From contig CAVZCE010000001.1 of the NCBI GenBank assembly GCA_963773695.1, forward strand, positions 36,471-100,470: DNA of 64,000 nt, written 5' to 3'. This document shows, one piece after another, positions 30,088 through 47,319 of this stretch. The DNA is from an uncultured Chloroflexia bacterium. GTDB taxonomy: Bacteria > Chloroflexota > Limnocylindria > QHBO01. The stretch's first letter is position 1. Every line of letters begins with the position of its first letter. Under the pieces are notes generated by a model. The model saw only the letters and a program-made list of their open reading frames with translations. It was not told the origin of the DNA and made no database searches. A program made the translations under genes and the position numbers.

Positions 30088-32007
30088 TCAGTTCCCGCCC
30101 AGGAGGCTCAGCGTGCGCGGATTGAGGCGGTAGTCGCGCTTGACGTTGAAGTACTTCTGGAGGAAGTACTTCACCACCTCGGTGGAGACGTTGCCCGGGA
30201 CGGTGGCCGAGTAGGAGAAGGTGAGCACCTCGAGGCTCGCATCGGTCGCTCCCGCCCTGGATGGCAGGTAGGCCACGAACCAGGAGTGGAACGGCAGGGA
30301 GCCGTCCTGGAGCTTGTCGCCGAACTCCGCGGTGCCCGTCTTGCCGGAGAGCGCACCGGGCAGCGGGACGTCCCGGATGTTGAACGCGTGGCCGCTGGTG
30401 ACCACCTCCCGCGCGCCGAGGCGCATGACCTGGAAGGTGGACGCGCTCGCGCCGACCTTGCGGGCGACCTGCGGCTGGTACGCCTTGACGAGCTTGCCCG
30501 TGGCGTTGGTCTCGCCCTTCACGATCATGGGCACCATCAGCTTGCCGCCGTTCGCCAGGGCCGCGTAGGCGTTGGCCAGCTGCAGCGGCGTGACGGCGAT
30601 GACGTTCTGGCCGATGCCGGCCTGCGCCACCTCGCCGGTGAAGACGCTCGGGCGCCCCTGGCTCTGCGCCCATTCGGTGCTGGCGATGATGCCCGCCGCC
30701 TCGCCCGGCAGCTTGATGCCGGTGGGAGCCCCGAAGCCGTAGGCATGCGCCCACTTCGCGAGCCGGTCGATCCCCAGGTGGATCGCCATCTGGTAGAAGA
30801 ACGTGTCCGAGCTCTTGGCGTAGGCCTGCCGCACGTTGAGCCGGCCGAAGCCGGCGTGGTTCCAGTCGAAGAGGCACTGTCCGGCCGGCGCGCCCGGGAT
30901 CTGGTAGCAGCCGTAGGTCGGCCAGGTCTGCGTGGGCGTGGTGACGCCCTCCTGCATGGCGGCCGTGCCGGTCACGAGCTTGAAGGTGGAGCCGGGCGGG
31001 TAGATGTCCGCGATGGCGTGGTTGCGCAGCGGCTGGTTCGGGTTGGCCAGGTAGGCCTGGAAATCGGCCGTGCTGATGCCGGTCGCGAACTTGTTGTTGT
31101 CGTAGCTCGGCAGCGACACCATGGCGAGGATCTCGCCGGTCTGCGGGTTCATCACGATCGTGACGCCCTGCTTCACGCCGGCGGCCTGCATGCCCCAGGT
31201 CAGCGCCTCGGTGGCCATTCGCTGCAGGCGCGCGTCGATCGTCAGCATCAGGTTCGTGCCGGCGACCGGCTCCCGGTTCGTGCCGATCACCTTGAGCGGC
31301 CGTCCCTGCGCGTTGCGCTCGACCTGCTGCGATCCGTACGTGCCCCGCAGGACGCTCTCGAACGAGGCCTCCACCCCGTCCTTGCCGATGTCGTCGTCCG
31401 CGAGGTAGCCGCGACCGGCCAGGGCCTTGAGCTGATCCTGGCTGATCGGTCCGGTGTAACCGATGACGTCGGAAAGGAGCGCGCCGTCCACGGCGCCCTT
31501 CTCGTCCAGGTACTGGCGGACCGGCTCGACGCCCACGACGATCCCGGGAAGGTCGTTGGCCTGCTCGGCGAGGATCAGGGCCTCGTCGCGCCCGATGCCG
31601 TGGGCGAGCGGAACCTGGTCGTACGGTGAGCCGCGGTAGGCGTTCAACCGCAGCCGGAGGGTGTCGATGTCGGTGCCGGTGATCGTCGCCACCCGCGTCA
31701 GGACGTTCCCGCGCGCCTTCTCGTCGCCCGGCAGGTCCGCCGGCACGGCGTTCGCCGTCCAGGACGGGACGTTGACGGCCAGCCGACGCCCCTGGCGGTC
31801 GAAGATCAGTCCGCGCGCGGACTTGATGGGGACCTCCACGGTATGGGCGGCCGCGGCGCGCTCGGCATAGGTGGAACCGCTCAGGATCTGCATCTGGAAG
31901 AGGCGGCCGCCGAGCAGCGTGAAGAGCAGCGCCGCGACGACGGTGAAGGCGATGAACCGGCCCCGCGTGCGCGGAAGGTCCTGCCGGCCCTCGTTCAGGT
32001 CCGCCAT
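30088..32007 (-). CDS. mrdA: Penicillin-binding protein 2
   Basis: PGSTFK, SSD, KTGTAE; N-terminal TM helix. Confidence 0.93.
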   Translation of the reverse strand: MADLNEGRQDLPRTRGRFIAFTVVAALLFTLLGGRLFQMQILSGSTYAERAAAAHTVEVPIKSARGLIFDRQGRRLAVNVPSWTANAVPADLPGDEKARGNVLTRVATITGTDIDTLRLRLNAYRGSPYDQVPLAHGIGRDEALILAEQANDLPGIVVGVEPVRQYLDEKGAVDGALLSDVIGYTGPISQDQLKALAGRGYLADDDIGKDGVEASFESVLRGTYGSQQVERNAQGRPLKVIGTNREPVAGTNLMLTIDARLQRMATEALTWGMQAAGVKQGVTIVMNPQTGEILAMVSLPSYDNNKFATGISTADFQAYLANPNQPLRNHAIADIYPPGSTFKLVTGTAAMQEGVTTPTQTWPTYGCYQIPGAPAGQCLFDWNHAGFGRLNVRQAYAKSSDTFFYQMAIHLGIDRLAKWAHAYGFGAPTGIKLPGEAAGIIASTEWAQSQGRPSVFTGEVAQAGIGQNVIAVTPLQLANAYAALANGGKLMVPMIVKGETNATGKLVKAYQPQVARKVGASASTFQVMRLGAREVVTSGHAFNIRDVPLPGALSGKTGTAEFGDKLQDGSLPFHSWFVAYLPSRAGATDASLEVLTFSYSATVPGNVSTEVVKYFLQKYFNVKRDYRLNPRTLSLLGGN

Positions 32008-32011
32008 GGGG

Positions 32012-32509
32012 TCACCACGCGGTCCGTTCCTCCTGCCGGTATCGACTGAGGAGGAGGCGGGTCGGAATCAGCACCACTCCGGCGATCGCGGCGTTGTAGA
32101 CCGCGGCGGGCACCACGATATCGATCGGGAATCCGACGCCCAGCGAGCCGCCGACGAGCGTGAGCGCGGCCAGGCCGATGAAATCGGCCACGACGCTGCC
32201 GGCGAAGGTGGCGGCGATGGGGTAGACCCAGACGATCCGGCCGAGGAGGGTCGCCCCCGCGGCGACCAGCGCGGCCACGGCGAGGAGCGCCAGCGGCAAC
32301 GAGCCGAGCGGTTCGGCGGGGATCAGGAGGTTCGCCACGGTACCGGCCACGAAGGCCCACACGATGCCCTGGGTGAAGCCGAAGCTGCTCGTGACGATCA
32401 CGACGGCCACCAGGGCGATGTCGGGCTTCACGTTTTCGACCACGAGCACGGGCGCGAGGCCGGCATGCAGGATCCCGACGAGGATGGCGAGAAGGACGCT
32501 CGTGTACGT
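32012..32509 (-). CDS. mreD: Rod shape-determining protein MreD (probable ACG start)
   Basis: KPDIALV and several TMs; upstream of mrdA; first TM lies 5' of the first GTG. Confidence 0.8.
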   Translation of the reverse strand, partial: TYTSVLLAILVGILHAGLAPVLVVENVKPDIALVAVVIVTSSFGFTQGIVWAFVAGTVANLLIPAEPLGSLPLALLAVAALVAAGATLLGRIVWVYPIAATFAGSVVADFIGLAALTLVGGSLGVGFPIDIVVPAAVYNAAIAGVVLIPTRLLLSRYRQEERTAW

Positions 32510-32662
32510 GGTTGGCCCCCTGGATTCCCTGACTGGCGCTGGCGCTGCGGGTCGAGTATACCGATCACCGGGGTCTCCGCAGGAAGCCGGGCCGGGGCCG
32601 CTCCGGGCGGGTCAGAAGGTCAGCCCGGACCGCCTCACCGGTGGCACCACGGAGGCCCGGAT

Positions 32663-32678
32663 TGTTTCCCGTGAAACA
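32663..32678. promoter_or_regulatory. parS: parS centromere-like site
   Basis: TGTTTCCCGTGAAACA, one mismatch to consensus TGTTTCACGTGAAACA, upstream of parA. Confidence 0.9.
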
Positions 32679-32763
32679 TCGCCGGTAAGGCCCCGCTAAG
32701 GCGCGGCGAAGGGGCCGAGTTGGTAGAATGAGCGTGCCCATCTGAACTCGTACCGGAGCGCCT

Positions 32764-33517
32764 GTGGCCAGGGTTACGGCCTGTACCAACCAGAAAGGCG
32801 GCGTCGGCAAGACGACGACGGTCGTGAACCTGGCGGCGTATCTGGCCCTCTCTGGGACCCCGACCCTCGTCGTCGACCTCGATCCCCAGGGAAACGCGAC
32901 CAGCGGGCTCGGAATCGACCGACGAAACCTGGATCGATCCGTCTACGATGCGATCCTCGACCGGGTTCCGATCGGCGAGCTGACGGTCGGGACGGCGATC
33001 GACGGCCTCGATCTCGTCCCGTCGACGTCCGCCCTCTCGGGCGCGGAGGTCGAGCTCGTCGGGATCGAGGCCCGGGAGCGGCGGCTCGCGGCAAGCCTCG
33101 CCGGCCTGAACGGCAGGTACGCGCGGGTCCTCGTGGACTGCCCTCCGTCGCTGGGGCTGCTCACGATCAACGCCCTGACGGCGGCGGACGGGGTCCTGAT
33201 CCCGATACAGACGGAGTATTACGCCCTGGAGGGCCTGAGCCAGCTTGTGAACACGATCCGCCTCGTTCGCGAGGGCCTGAATCCGCGACTCGAGATCGAC
33301 GGGATCCTCCTCACGATGTTCGACGCGCGCACGAACCTCTCCGCCCAGGTGGCGCGGGAGGTTCGACGCCACATGAACGGGACCGTCTACGAGACCGTCG
33401 TGCCGCGCTCGGTCCGCCTCTCGGAGGCACCGAGCCACGGACTGCCCATCGCGCTCTACGATCCCTCGTCGCGCGGGGCCGTCGCCTACCGCGCCCTGGC
33501 AGCCGAGGTGACGAGCC

Positions 33518-33525
<8 letters not shown>
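32764..33525 (+). CDS. parA: ParA/Soj ATPase
   Basis: NQKGGVGKTT, DLDPQGN, DCPPSLG. Confidence 0.96.
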
Positions 33526-36399
<2,874 letters not shown>

Positions 36400-36422
36400 A
36401 TCGGGAGCCAAGAGCGAACGCC

Positions 36423-36674
36423 ATGCCATCACGACACGTTGCAGATATCCGCCAGGTCCCGAGCAAGACGGGTCGCACTCTCGACGAGTGGTGCGACCTG
36501 CTCGAGGCCAATGGCGTCGGCGACCGCCGGGACGCCGTCAATTTCCTGAGGGATGGATACGCCATCAGCCACGCCTTCGCGCTGGCCATCGCGGATCACT
36601 GCCTTCGGCGCAGCCGGGACGACGATGGCTACGGCGGGTGGACCGATGACGGGGAGGAGGACGATTCCTGGTGA
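36423..36674 (+). CDS. Small DUF4287-like protein
   Basis: KTGRTLDEW..L...FL..GY.ISH.FA.AI. Confidence 0.6.
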   Translation: MPSRHVADIRQVPSKTGRTLDEWCDLLEANGVGDRRDAVNFLRDGYAISHAFALAIADHCLRRSRDDDGYGGWTDDGEEDDSW

Positions 36675-37216
36675 GCGACCCCGCCGCCGGGGACGGCGGC
36701 CGCGCCACGCTGGGCACCAGCCGCGAGATCCGCGGCCTGGACGGCCGGCGCTACGCGTTCGCGGACCACAACTGCTTCGCGTGCGGCAGCACGAACCCGA
36801 TCGGGATGCACCTGCAGATCGAGCTGGGCGAGGGGACCGCGCGGACCGAGTGGACCGGCGGGCAGGACTTCGAGGGATGGGAGGGGAAGCTGCACGGCGG
36901 CATCCTCGCCACGCTTCTCGACGAGGTGATGGCCTGGGCGCCGTCCAGCTACGACTCCTGGGCGGTCACCGCGGAGATGAACATCCGGTACCGATCCCCC
37001 GCGAATCCCGGGGAGCTGCTGACCGCGGAGGCGCGGGTGGTGGATCGCCGGCGGCGCATCTACGACGTGCACGGCGAGATCCGCGGCGCGGACGGCCGCA
37101 TGGTCGTGGAGGCGGACGGCCGTTTTCTTGGCGCCAGCCCCGCGGAGAAGCGCGACCTGAAGCAGCGGTATGGCATGCCGGCGGACCTGCCGGCGGCCGG
37201 GGCGCGCCGCGAATGA
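36671..37216 (+). CDS. PaaI/hotdog-fold thioesterase
   Basis: CFACG..NPIG, HGG..ATLLDEVM. Confidence 0.88.
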   Translation: MSDPAAGDGGRATLGTSREIRGLDGRRYAFADHNCFACGSTNPIGMHLQIELGEGTARTEWTGGQDFEGWEGKLHGGILATLLDEVMAWAPSSYDSWAVTAEMNIRYRSPANPGELLTAEARVVDRRRRIYDVHGEIRGADGRMVVEADGRFLGASPAEKRDLKQRYGMPADLPAAGARRE

Positions 37217-37267
37217 CGCACCAGCGACGAACACGACACGACGTGACGAGGTAACGGACGAGGAACC

Positions 37268-39793
37268 ATGGAGCAGGACCTTGGCGGCCTGATCCGGCCG
37301 GTGGCCATCGAGGACGAGATGCGCTCCGCGTACATCGACTACGCGATGAGCGTGATCGTGGCGCGCGCGCTGCCGGACGTGCGGGACGGGCTGAAGCCGG
37401 TCCACAGGCGGATCCTCTACACGATGCACGAGATGGGGCTCCGCTCCACCTCGTCGTACCGCAAGTGCGCCGGAGTCGTGGGCGAGGCGCTCGCCAAGTA
37501 CCACCCGCACGGTGACGTCGCCCTCTACGACGCCCTCGTCCGCCTGGCCCAGGACTTCAGCCTGCGCTACCCGCTCATCGACGGCCAGGGCAACTTCGGG
37601 TCCATCGACGGGGATCCGGCAGCGGCCTACCGATACACCGAAGCCCGGATGGCGGCCATCGCCGACGAGATGCTCGCCGACATCGAGAAGGAGACGGTCG
37701 ACTTCGTCGACAACTTCGACGGGCGGCTCCGCGAGCCCGTCGTCCTTCCGGCGCGCCTGCCGAACCTCCTCGTCAACGGATCGAGCGGCATCGCCGTGGG
37801 GATGGCCACGAACGTCCCGCCCCACAACCTGGTGGAGATCTGCGACGCCGCCATCGGCCTCATCGACAACCCGGAGATGACGGTCGATGAGCTGTGCGAG
37901 ATCGTCCACGGCCCGGACTTCCCCACCGGCGGCACCATCTTCCGCTACGAGGAGGTCCGCAACTCCGTCACCGGCGAGCGCGAGCACCAGGACGCCATCC
38001 GCCACATGTACGCCACGGGCCGCGGCCGCGTCATCATCCGCGGCCAGGTCGCCTTCGAGGAGGTTCGCCCCGGGCGCATGGCGATCGTCGTCACCGAGCT
38101 GCCCTACCAGGTCAACAAGACCACGCTCATCGAGAAGATGGCCGAGATGGTGAGCAGCAAGAAGATCACCGACGTCAGCGACATTCGCGACGAAAGCGAC
38201 AGAAACGGCATGCGGATCGTCGTCGAGATCAAGCGCGACGGCAGCCCGCACACCGTCATGCAGCAGCTCTTCAAGCACACCGCGCTGCAGACGAGCTTCA
38301 GCGCGAACATGCTCGCCCTCGTCGACGGGCAGCCCGTCACGCTGGGGCTCAAGCGGATGCTGGAGCACTACATCGCGTACCGCCGCGAGGTGATCCGGCG
38401 CCGGACCGAGTTCGACCTGGCGCGGGCGCAGGAGCGGGCCCACATCCTCGAGGGGCTCAAGATCGCCCTGGACAACCTGGACGAGGTGATCGCCACCATC
38501 CGCGCCGCCGCCGACGTCGACGCGGCCCGCGGCGCGCTCATGACTCGCTTCGGCCTCTCGGAGGCGCAGGCCAACGCGATCCTGGAGATGCAGCTCCGCC
38601 GGCTGGCCGCCCTGGAGCGCAAGAAGATCGAGAACGAGTACGAGTCGGTGATCCGCCTGATCGCCGAGCTCGAGGACCTGCTCGCCAACCCGCGGAAGAT
38701 GCTCAACGTCATCAAGGAAGAGCTGGCCGATCTGCAGCGCACGTACGGGGACGAGCGCAAGACGCGGATCAAGGCGGACGCGAACCGCGAGCTCACGGAG
38801 GAGGACCTCGTCGCCGCCGAGGACGTGGTGGTGACCCTCAGCCAGCGCGGCTACATCAAGCGCCAGCAGATCGGCACCTTCCGCAGCCAGCGGCGCGGCG
38901 GACGCGGCAAGCTCGCCATGCTCACCCGCGAGGAGGATGCCGTCCGCCACCTGCTCGTGGCGAACACGCACGACAACATCCTCTTCTTCACGAACCGCGG
39001 CCGCGTCTTCATCACCAAGGTGCACACCCTTCCGGAGGCGACGCGCCAGGCGAAGGGGCTGCCGATCATCAACCTGCCCGGGGTCCAGGTCGAGTCCGGC
39101 GAGTACGTGAGCTCGATCATCAGCCTTCCGCAGTTCGAGCCGGACCACTACCTGCTGATGGCCACCCGCGGCGGCATGGTGAAGAAGACCTCGCTGGCGG
39201 AGTACGCGAAGATCCGGGCCAACGGCCTCATCGCCATCAACCTCGTCGACGGGGACGAGCTGCGCTGGGTCGGCATCACCGACGGCCAGAGCGACATCAT
39301 CCTCGCCACGAAGAAGGGCCAGGCGGCGCGCTTCCACGAGCACGAGGTGCGAGCCATGGGCCGCGACACCCGCGGCGTCACGGGCATCCGGCTCCACTCC
39401 GGGGACGAGGTGATCGGGATGGAGGTCGTGGATCCGGCCCAGGAGCTGCTCGTCGTCACGGAGCAGGGCTACGGCAAGCGCACGCCATTCAGCGAGTTCC
39501 CCGTCAAGCACCGCGCCACGGGCGGCGTCATCGCCAACTCCCTGAACCGCGAGACCGGCGAGGTGGCCGCCATCCGCATGGTCGGGCGCGAGGACGAGGA
39601 GATGATGCTCATCACCCAGGAGGGCACCATCCTGCGCACCGTCGTCGCCAGCGTGAACCGATACCGGCGCGCGAGCCGGGGCGTCACGGTCATGAAGCCG
39701 GGTCCGGGGGACCGGATCGTCTCGATCGCCGTCTTCGTCGACACCCGACCGCCGGAGCCGGAGCTCGGCGAGGACGAGGAACCCGCCCCGTAG
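37268..39793 (+). CDS. gyrA: DNA gyrase subunit A
   Basis: [20 protein letters not shown], GyrA-box QRRGGRG. Confidence 0.97.
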   Translation: MEQDLGGLIRPVAIEDEMRSAYIDYAMSVIVARALPDVRDGLKPVHRRILYTMHEMGLRSTSSYRKCAGVVGEALAKYHPHGDVALYDALVRLAQDFSLRYPLIDGQGNFGSIDGDPAAAYRYTEARMAAIADEMLADIEKETVDFVDNFDGRLREPVVLPARLPNLLVNGSSGIAVGMATNVPPHNLVEICDAAIGLIDNPEMTVDELCEIVHGPDFPTGGTIFRYEEVRNSVTGEREHQDAIRHMYATGRGRVIIRGQVAFEEVRPGRMAIVVTELPYQVNKTTLIEKMAEMVSSKKITDVSDIRDESDRNGMRIVVEIKRDGSPHTVMQQLFKHTALQTSFSANMLALVDGQPVTLGLKRMLEHYIAYRREVIRRRTEFDLARAQERAHILEGLKIALDNLDEVIATIRAAADVDAARGALMTRFGLSEAQANAILEMQLRRLAALERKKIENEYESVIRLIAELEDLLANPRKMLNVIKEELADLQRTYGDERKTRIKADANRELTEEDLVAAEDVVVTLSQRGYIKRQQIGTFRSQRRGGRGKLAMLTREEDAVRHLLVANTHDNILFFTNRGRVFITKVHTLPEATRQAKGLPIINLPGVQVESGEYVSSIISLPQFEPDHYLLMATRGGMVKKTSLAEYAKIRANGLIAINLVDGDELRWVGITDGQSDIILATKKGQAARFHEHEVRAMGRDTRGVTGIRLHSGDEVIGMEVVDPAQELLVVTEQGYGKRTPFSEFPVKHRATGGVIANSLNRETGEVAAIRMVGREDEEMMLITQEGTILRTVVASVNRYRRASRGVTVMKPGPGDRIVSIAVFVDTRPPEPELGEDEEPAP

Positions 39794-39887
39794 GCGGGGT
39801 GAACACGGAGGGATCGGACGCCAGGGCCGTTCCGGTCCCTCCTCGCAAGCCGGTAGAATCGAATCCGAGCCGGGCAGGAGACCCCAC

Positions 39888-40922
39888 GTGTACGCGGACG
39901 AGTTCAGCATCTACGCCGGCAACGCCAACAAGGCGCTGGCCCACGACATCTGCCGGTACCTGAAGACGCGGATGGGGGACGTGGAGGTCTTCCAGTTCGC
40001 GAACGAGAACATCTTCGTTCGCGTCAAGGAGAACGTCCGCGAGCAGGACGTGTTCCTGATCCAGCCCACCTGCCGCCCGGTGAACCAGTCGGTCATGGAG
40101 CTGCTGATCATGATCGACGCCTTCAAGCGGGCCTCGGCCGGACGCATCACCGCGGTGATGCCCTACTACAGCTACGGCCGCTCCGACAAGAAGGACCAGC
40201 CGCGGGTCCCCATCACCGCGCGCCTGATCGCCGACATGCTCACCGTGGCCGGAGCGGATCGCGTCCTCACCATGGACCTCCACCAGGGCCAGATCCAGGG
40301 CTTCTTCTCGATCCCCGTCGACGAGCTGACCGCCGTCGACATCCTGGGCCGCTACATCAAGGACAAGGGCCTCGACGACATGGTCGTCGTCAGCGAGCTC
40401 GGCTTCGCCAAGAAGGCCCGCAACTTCGCGGAGAAGCTGGGCGCACCGCTGGCCATCGTGGAGAAGCGCCGGGTGGGCAACGAGGACAAGACCGAGCTGA
40501 TGAACATCATCGGTGACGTGGAAGGCAAGAACGCGGTGATCATCGACGACGAGATCGACACCGCCGGCTCGCTCATGGAGGCGGTGAACGCCCTCGTCGA
40601 GCACGGCGCCCGCGACATCTACTCGTGCGCGACGCACGGCGTCTTCTCGCCACCGGCCCTCGAGCGCATCATCTCGTCCTCGATCACCGAGGTCGTGGTC
40701 ACCGACACCATCCCGCTCTTCCCCGGAGCGGACACCTCGCGGATCACCGTTCTCCCGGTCGCGCCGCTCTTCGGCGAGGCGATCCGCCGCATCCACCGCG
40801 GCGAGAGCGTGGGCGCCCTCTTCAGCTCCGAGGTCCAGCTCGTGGAGGAGATGACCTTCTGGGACGCCCACGCGGCGGACGACGAGATGGACGCTCCCTT
40901 TCCGATCTCCGTCGAGGGATAG
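39888..40922 (+). CDS. prs: Ribose-phosphate pyrophosphokinase
   Basis: PYYSYGRSDKK, DLH..QIQGFF, DDEIDTAGS. Confidence 0.95.
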   Translation: MYADEFSIYAGNANKALAHDICRYLKTRMGDVEVFQFANENIFVRVKENVREQDVFLIQPTCRPVNQSVMELLIMIDAFKRASAGRITAVMPYYSYGRSDKKDQPRVPITARLIADMLTVAGADRVLTMDLHQGQIQGFFSIPVDELTAVDILGRYIKDKGLDDMVVVSELGFAKKARNFAEKLGAPLAIVEKRRVGNEDKTELMNIIGDVEGKNAVIIDDEIDTAGSLMEAVNALVEHGARDIYSCATHGVFSPPALERIISSSITEVVVTDTIPLFPGADTSRITVLPVAPLFGEAIRRIHRGESVGALFSSEVQLVEEMTFWDAHAADDEMDAPFPISVEG

Positions 40923-41003
40923 GGAGCTGCCTCCGTCCGGCTGATCCGCACCCGGGGACCCCGAACGGACGCCATCGGTCCCCGGGCTATACTCGCAATC
41001 CCG

Positions 41004-43949
<2,946 letters not shown>

Positions 43950-44188
43950 GGCCCAGCGCCCGTCGGGCTCCTGCCGGTCAAATGTCATACGACCCTCGGC
44001 GCCGCCGGCGCGGACCGCTGCGCCGTGTCCGGCGGTTCGCGCATCCAATGCCGGAGGGCACTATTTTCGCCCCATCCCAGCACGATTTGCCCTCTGGTCA
44101 AGGCTCCCCGGAGCCGTTAGCATGGGTCACTGCACGGGTCGGGGACACGGTGAGCCCAGGAGCCCGTCGCCATACAGTGGAGCGCTTC

Positions 44189-44482
44189 GTGAAGCAACTG
44201 ACCGCCCCGAGCCGCGTCGTCGAACCACTCCCCTCTCCGACCGCAGACCTTCCGATGGTCACCCGCTTCCGAGACCCCGCCGTTCCCTACCGGGACCTGA
44301 TCCAGTGCGAGCGCGACTGCATGCGCTGCACGTACGCGGCGACGCTCGCGTGCGACGGCAACTGCGGATCGTGCCCGCGACAGGACTACTGCCCCTGCGT
44401 GAACCCGGCCAAGGTGCGCAACAAGAGCGTGCGCCTGACCGAAGTCGAGCTGACCATGGTGAAGCCGCTTGGACGCAATTAA
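44189..44482 (+). CDS. Small 8-Cys protein (start uncertain; frame also open from 43982, 44048 and 44177)
   Basis: CERDCMRC-x7-CDGNCGSC-x5-CPC; stop overlaps the prfB start. Confidence 0.6.
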   Translation: MKQLTAPSRVVEPLPSPTADLPMVTRFRDPAVPYRDLIQCERDCMRCTYAATLACDGNCGSCPRQDYCPCVNPAKVRNKSVRLTEVELTMVKPLGRN

Positions 44483-45594
44483 GGACGAGGCTGAGCGACT
44501 CGCCAGCCTCGTGGCCGATACGGCGGTGCGCCTTTGACTTGCCCGCCAAGGAAGTCGAGCTCTCGGAGCTAGAGACCCGCTCAACGGACCCCACCCTCTG
44601 GGACGACCCTGCCGCCGCCCAGAAGCTCCTGCGCCGGGCCGATGAGCTGCGCGACGAGCTCGCGGCGTGGCGCGGCCTCGAGGCCCGCGCTCGCGGCCTG
44701 GCCGAGATGGCCGCGCTGGCCGCGGCGGATCCCGAGGAGACGGCCTCCCTCCTGCCCGACCTGGAGCGTGACCTCGCCGAGCTGCAGGCCGACTGGACGC
44801 GGATGGAGGGCCAGCTGCTCCTCTCCGAGCCCTACGACCCCACCTCGGCGATCGTCTCCATCTACGCCGGCGCGGGCGGGACGGAGAGCCAGGACTGGGC
44901 GGAGATGCTCCTGCGCATGTACCTGCGCTGGGCGGAGCGCAACCGCTACCGCACGGAGATCCTGGACCAGACCGAGGGCGAGGAGGCGGGCCTCAAGTCG
45001 GTGACGGTGGGGATCACCGGTCGGTGGGCCTATGGCAGGCTCAAGTCCGAGCGCGGCGTTCACCGTCTGGTGCGCATCAGCCCCTTCGATTCCCAGAAGC
45101 GCCGGCACACGAGCTTCGCCCTCGTCGAGGTCCTGCCGGAGGTGCCCGAAGACGCCGAGGTCGAAATCCGCGATGATGACCTGCACGTCGACACCTACCG
45201 GAGCTCCGGGGCGGGGGGTCAGCACGTCAACAAGACCGATTCGGCGGTGCGCATCACGCACCTGCCGACCGGAATCGTCGTCACCTGCCAGAACGAGCGG
45301 AGCCAGATCCAGAATCGGGAGCGGGCGATGGCGGTCCTGCGGGCCAAGCTCGCGGAACGCAAGATGGAAGAGCGCGAGGCGGAGCTCGCGCGGCTGCGGG
45401 GCGTCCACGTGGAGGCCGGCTGGGGAAACCAGATCCGCTCCTACGTGCTGCAGCCCTACACCATGGTGAAGGACCTGAGAACCGGCGTGGAGACATCGAA
45501 CCCGACTGCCGTCCTGGACGGCGACCTGAATCCGTTCATCGACGGCTACCTGCGCTCCCGGATCGGCGAGCTGAACGAGGCAGCCCCCGGGTGA
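44469..45594 (+). CDS. prfB: Peptide chain release factor 2 with programmed +1 frameshift
   Basis: TTG start, MDAIKDEAERLASLVADTAVRL, CTT TGA C at 44532-44538, then DLPAKE...SPF...GGQ. Confidence 0.95.
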
Positions 45595-45596
45595 GC

Positions 45597-46352
45597 ATGG
45601 CCGTCGAGCAGATCGAGACCGGAACGCGATCGGAACTCTCCCGAACGGCAGCGCCGGCGGAGAGCGTCATCACCATGATCGACGCCGGTGTCACCTACCC
45701 GAACGGCAAGGTGGCGCTCAGCGAGGTCAACATCACCATCCCGCGGGGGGACTTCGTCTTCCTGGTCGGCGCCTCCGGGGCGGGCAAGACGACCTTCATC
45801 CGTCTCCTCATCCGGGAGGTGCTGCCCACCGCCGGCCGCGTCCACGTCGCCGGCCGCGACCTCCTGCGCCTTCGCCGCCGGGACCTTCCGTACCTGCGGC
45901 GCCGCATCGGCATCGTCTTCCAGGACTTCCGGCTCCTGCCGGCCAAGACGGTGTTCGAAAACGTGGCATTCGCCCTGGAGGTCACCGGCGCCAGCCGCGG
46001 CGAGATCCGCCACCGGGTGCCGATGCTCCTCAACCTCGTGGGGCTGCACCAGCACGGCGACCACCTCCCGACCCAGCTCTCCGGTGGCGAGCAGCAGCGC
46101 GTGGCGATCGCCCGCGCCCTGGTCCACGACCCGGCAATCCTCATCGCGGACGAGCCGACGGGGAACCTGGACCCGGTGACCAGCTGGGAGATCATCCAGC
46201 TCCTGATCCAGATCAACGCTCTGGGGACGACAGTCCTGATGGCGACGCACAACCAGGAGATCGTGAACGCGATGCGGCGGCGGGTGCTTGCGCTCGAGGG
46301 CGGGATGCTCGTGCGCGACGAGCCCGAGGCCGCGTACGAGCGGGAGTACTAG
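45597..46352 (+). CDS. ftsE: Cell division ATPase FtsE
   Basis: [33 protein letters not shown]. Confidence 0.93.
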   Translation: MAVEQIETGTRSELSRTAAPAESVITMIDAGVTYPNGKVALSEVNITIPRGDFVFLVGASGAGKTTFIRLLIREVLPTAGRVHVAGRDLLRLRRRDLPYLRRRIGIVFQDFRLLPAKTVFENVAFALEVTGASRGEIRHRVPMLLNLVGLHQHGDHLPTQLSGGEQQRVAIARALVHDPAILIADEPTGNLDPVTSWEIIQLLIQINALGTTVLMATHNQEIVNAMRRRVLALEGGMLVRDEPEAAYEREY

Positions 46353-46358
46353 CCGACC

Positions 46359-47267
46359 ATGGCCTTCTTCCGATTCATCGGCTTCAGCGCCGTCCGCGCC
46401 TGGCAGGGCTTCTGGCGCAACGCAATGATGAGCCTGGCCACCACCGCCACCGTGGTCCTCATGCTGGTGCTCCTCTCGGGGCTCTACATCGTCGTCACCG
46501 GCCTGAACTCCGGACTGCAGTTCATCGAGAGCAAGGTCGGCGTGACCGCGGAGCTCGTGGGTCCGCCCGACCAGCCTGCGCTGACCCAGCCGCAGCTCGA
46601 CGCCCTCATGGCCTACACCCGCTCGCTGCCCGGCGTCGACAGCGTCACCTACGTGAGCCCCGAGATGGCGATGCAGCGCCTCAAGGAGGTCTATGCGGAG
46701 CGCGGGCAGAAGCTCGACCTGGGTGCCAGCGGCAGCGACATCGCCCTCTATGCGAGCATCGAGGTCTCGCTGAGCGAACCGTCGTACTCCGATTCCGTGG
46801 CCAGCTCCCTCTCGGAACGGCGGGAGGTGGTGCAGATCACCACGAAGCAGGCCGCGGTCGACAAGCTGGTCGGGATCATCAACGTGATCCGCACCATCGG
46901 CCTGGTCGCCATCACCCTCGTCGGCCTCACCGTGCTGTTCATGATCGTGAACACCATCAGGATCGCCGTCTACGCGCGCGCCAACGAGATCGAGATCATG
47001 CGCCTGGTGGGCGCCAGCGACAGCTTCATCCGCTGGCCGTTCATCCTCGAGGGAGTGCTCTGCGGACTGATCGGGGCGCTGATCGCCATCGGCATGGTGG
47101 CGATCGCGTGGGACCCCATCCAGCCCGTGCTCTTCAACGTCTTCCAGATGCCGGTCGCGGTGGGCGCTCGCTTCCTCGCGACGCTCTCGGCGCTCCTCCT
47201 GGCGGTGGGCCTGGGGGTGGGAGCCGTGGGCTCGTGGATCAGCGTCCGCTCGTACCTGACCGCCTGA
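46359..47267 (+). CDS. ftsX: Cell division permease FtsX
   Basis: NTIRI....R..EIEIMRLVGAS..FIRWPF..EG. Confidence 0.93.
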   Translation: MAFFRFIGFSAVRAWQGFWRNAMMSLATTATVVLMLVLLSGLYIVVTGLNSGLQFIESKVGVTAELVGPPDQPALTQPQLDALMAYTRSLPGVDSVTYVSPEMAMQRLKEVYAERGQKLDLGASGSDIALYASIEVSLSEPSYSDSVASSLSERREVVQITTKQAAVDKLVGIINVIRTIGLVAITLVGLTVLFMIVNTIRIAVYARANEIEIMRLVGASDSFIRWPFILEGVLCGLIGALIAIGMVAIAWDPIQPVLFNVFQMPVAVGARFLATLSALLLAVGLGVGAVGSWISVRSYLTA

Positions 47268-47319
47268 GCCCCGCGCCCGGACCCGCGCGGGATCGGTGCT
47301 AGACTCAGCGCGCCCCCCG

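Noticed and set aside
44122..44535. N-terminal extension of the 490-aa prfB ORF
   Set aside because: The better-supported N-terminus starts at TTG 44469 in another frame and joins via the CTT TGA C frameshift
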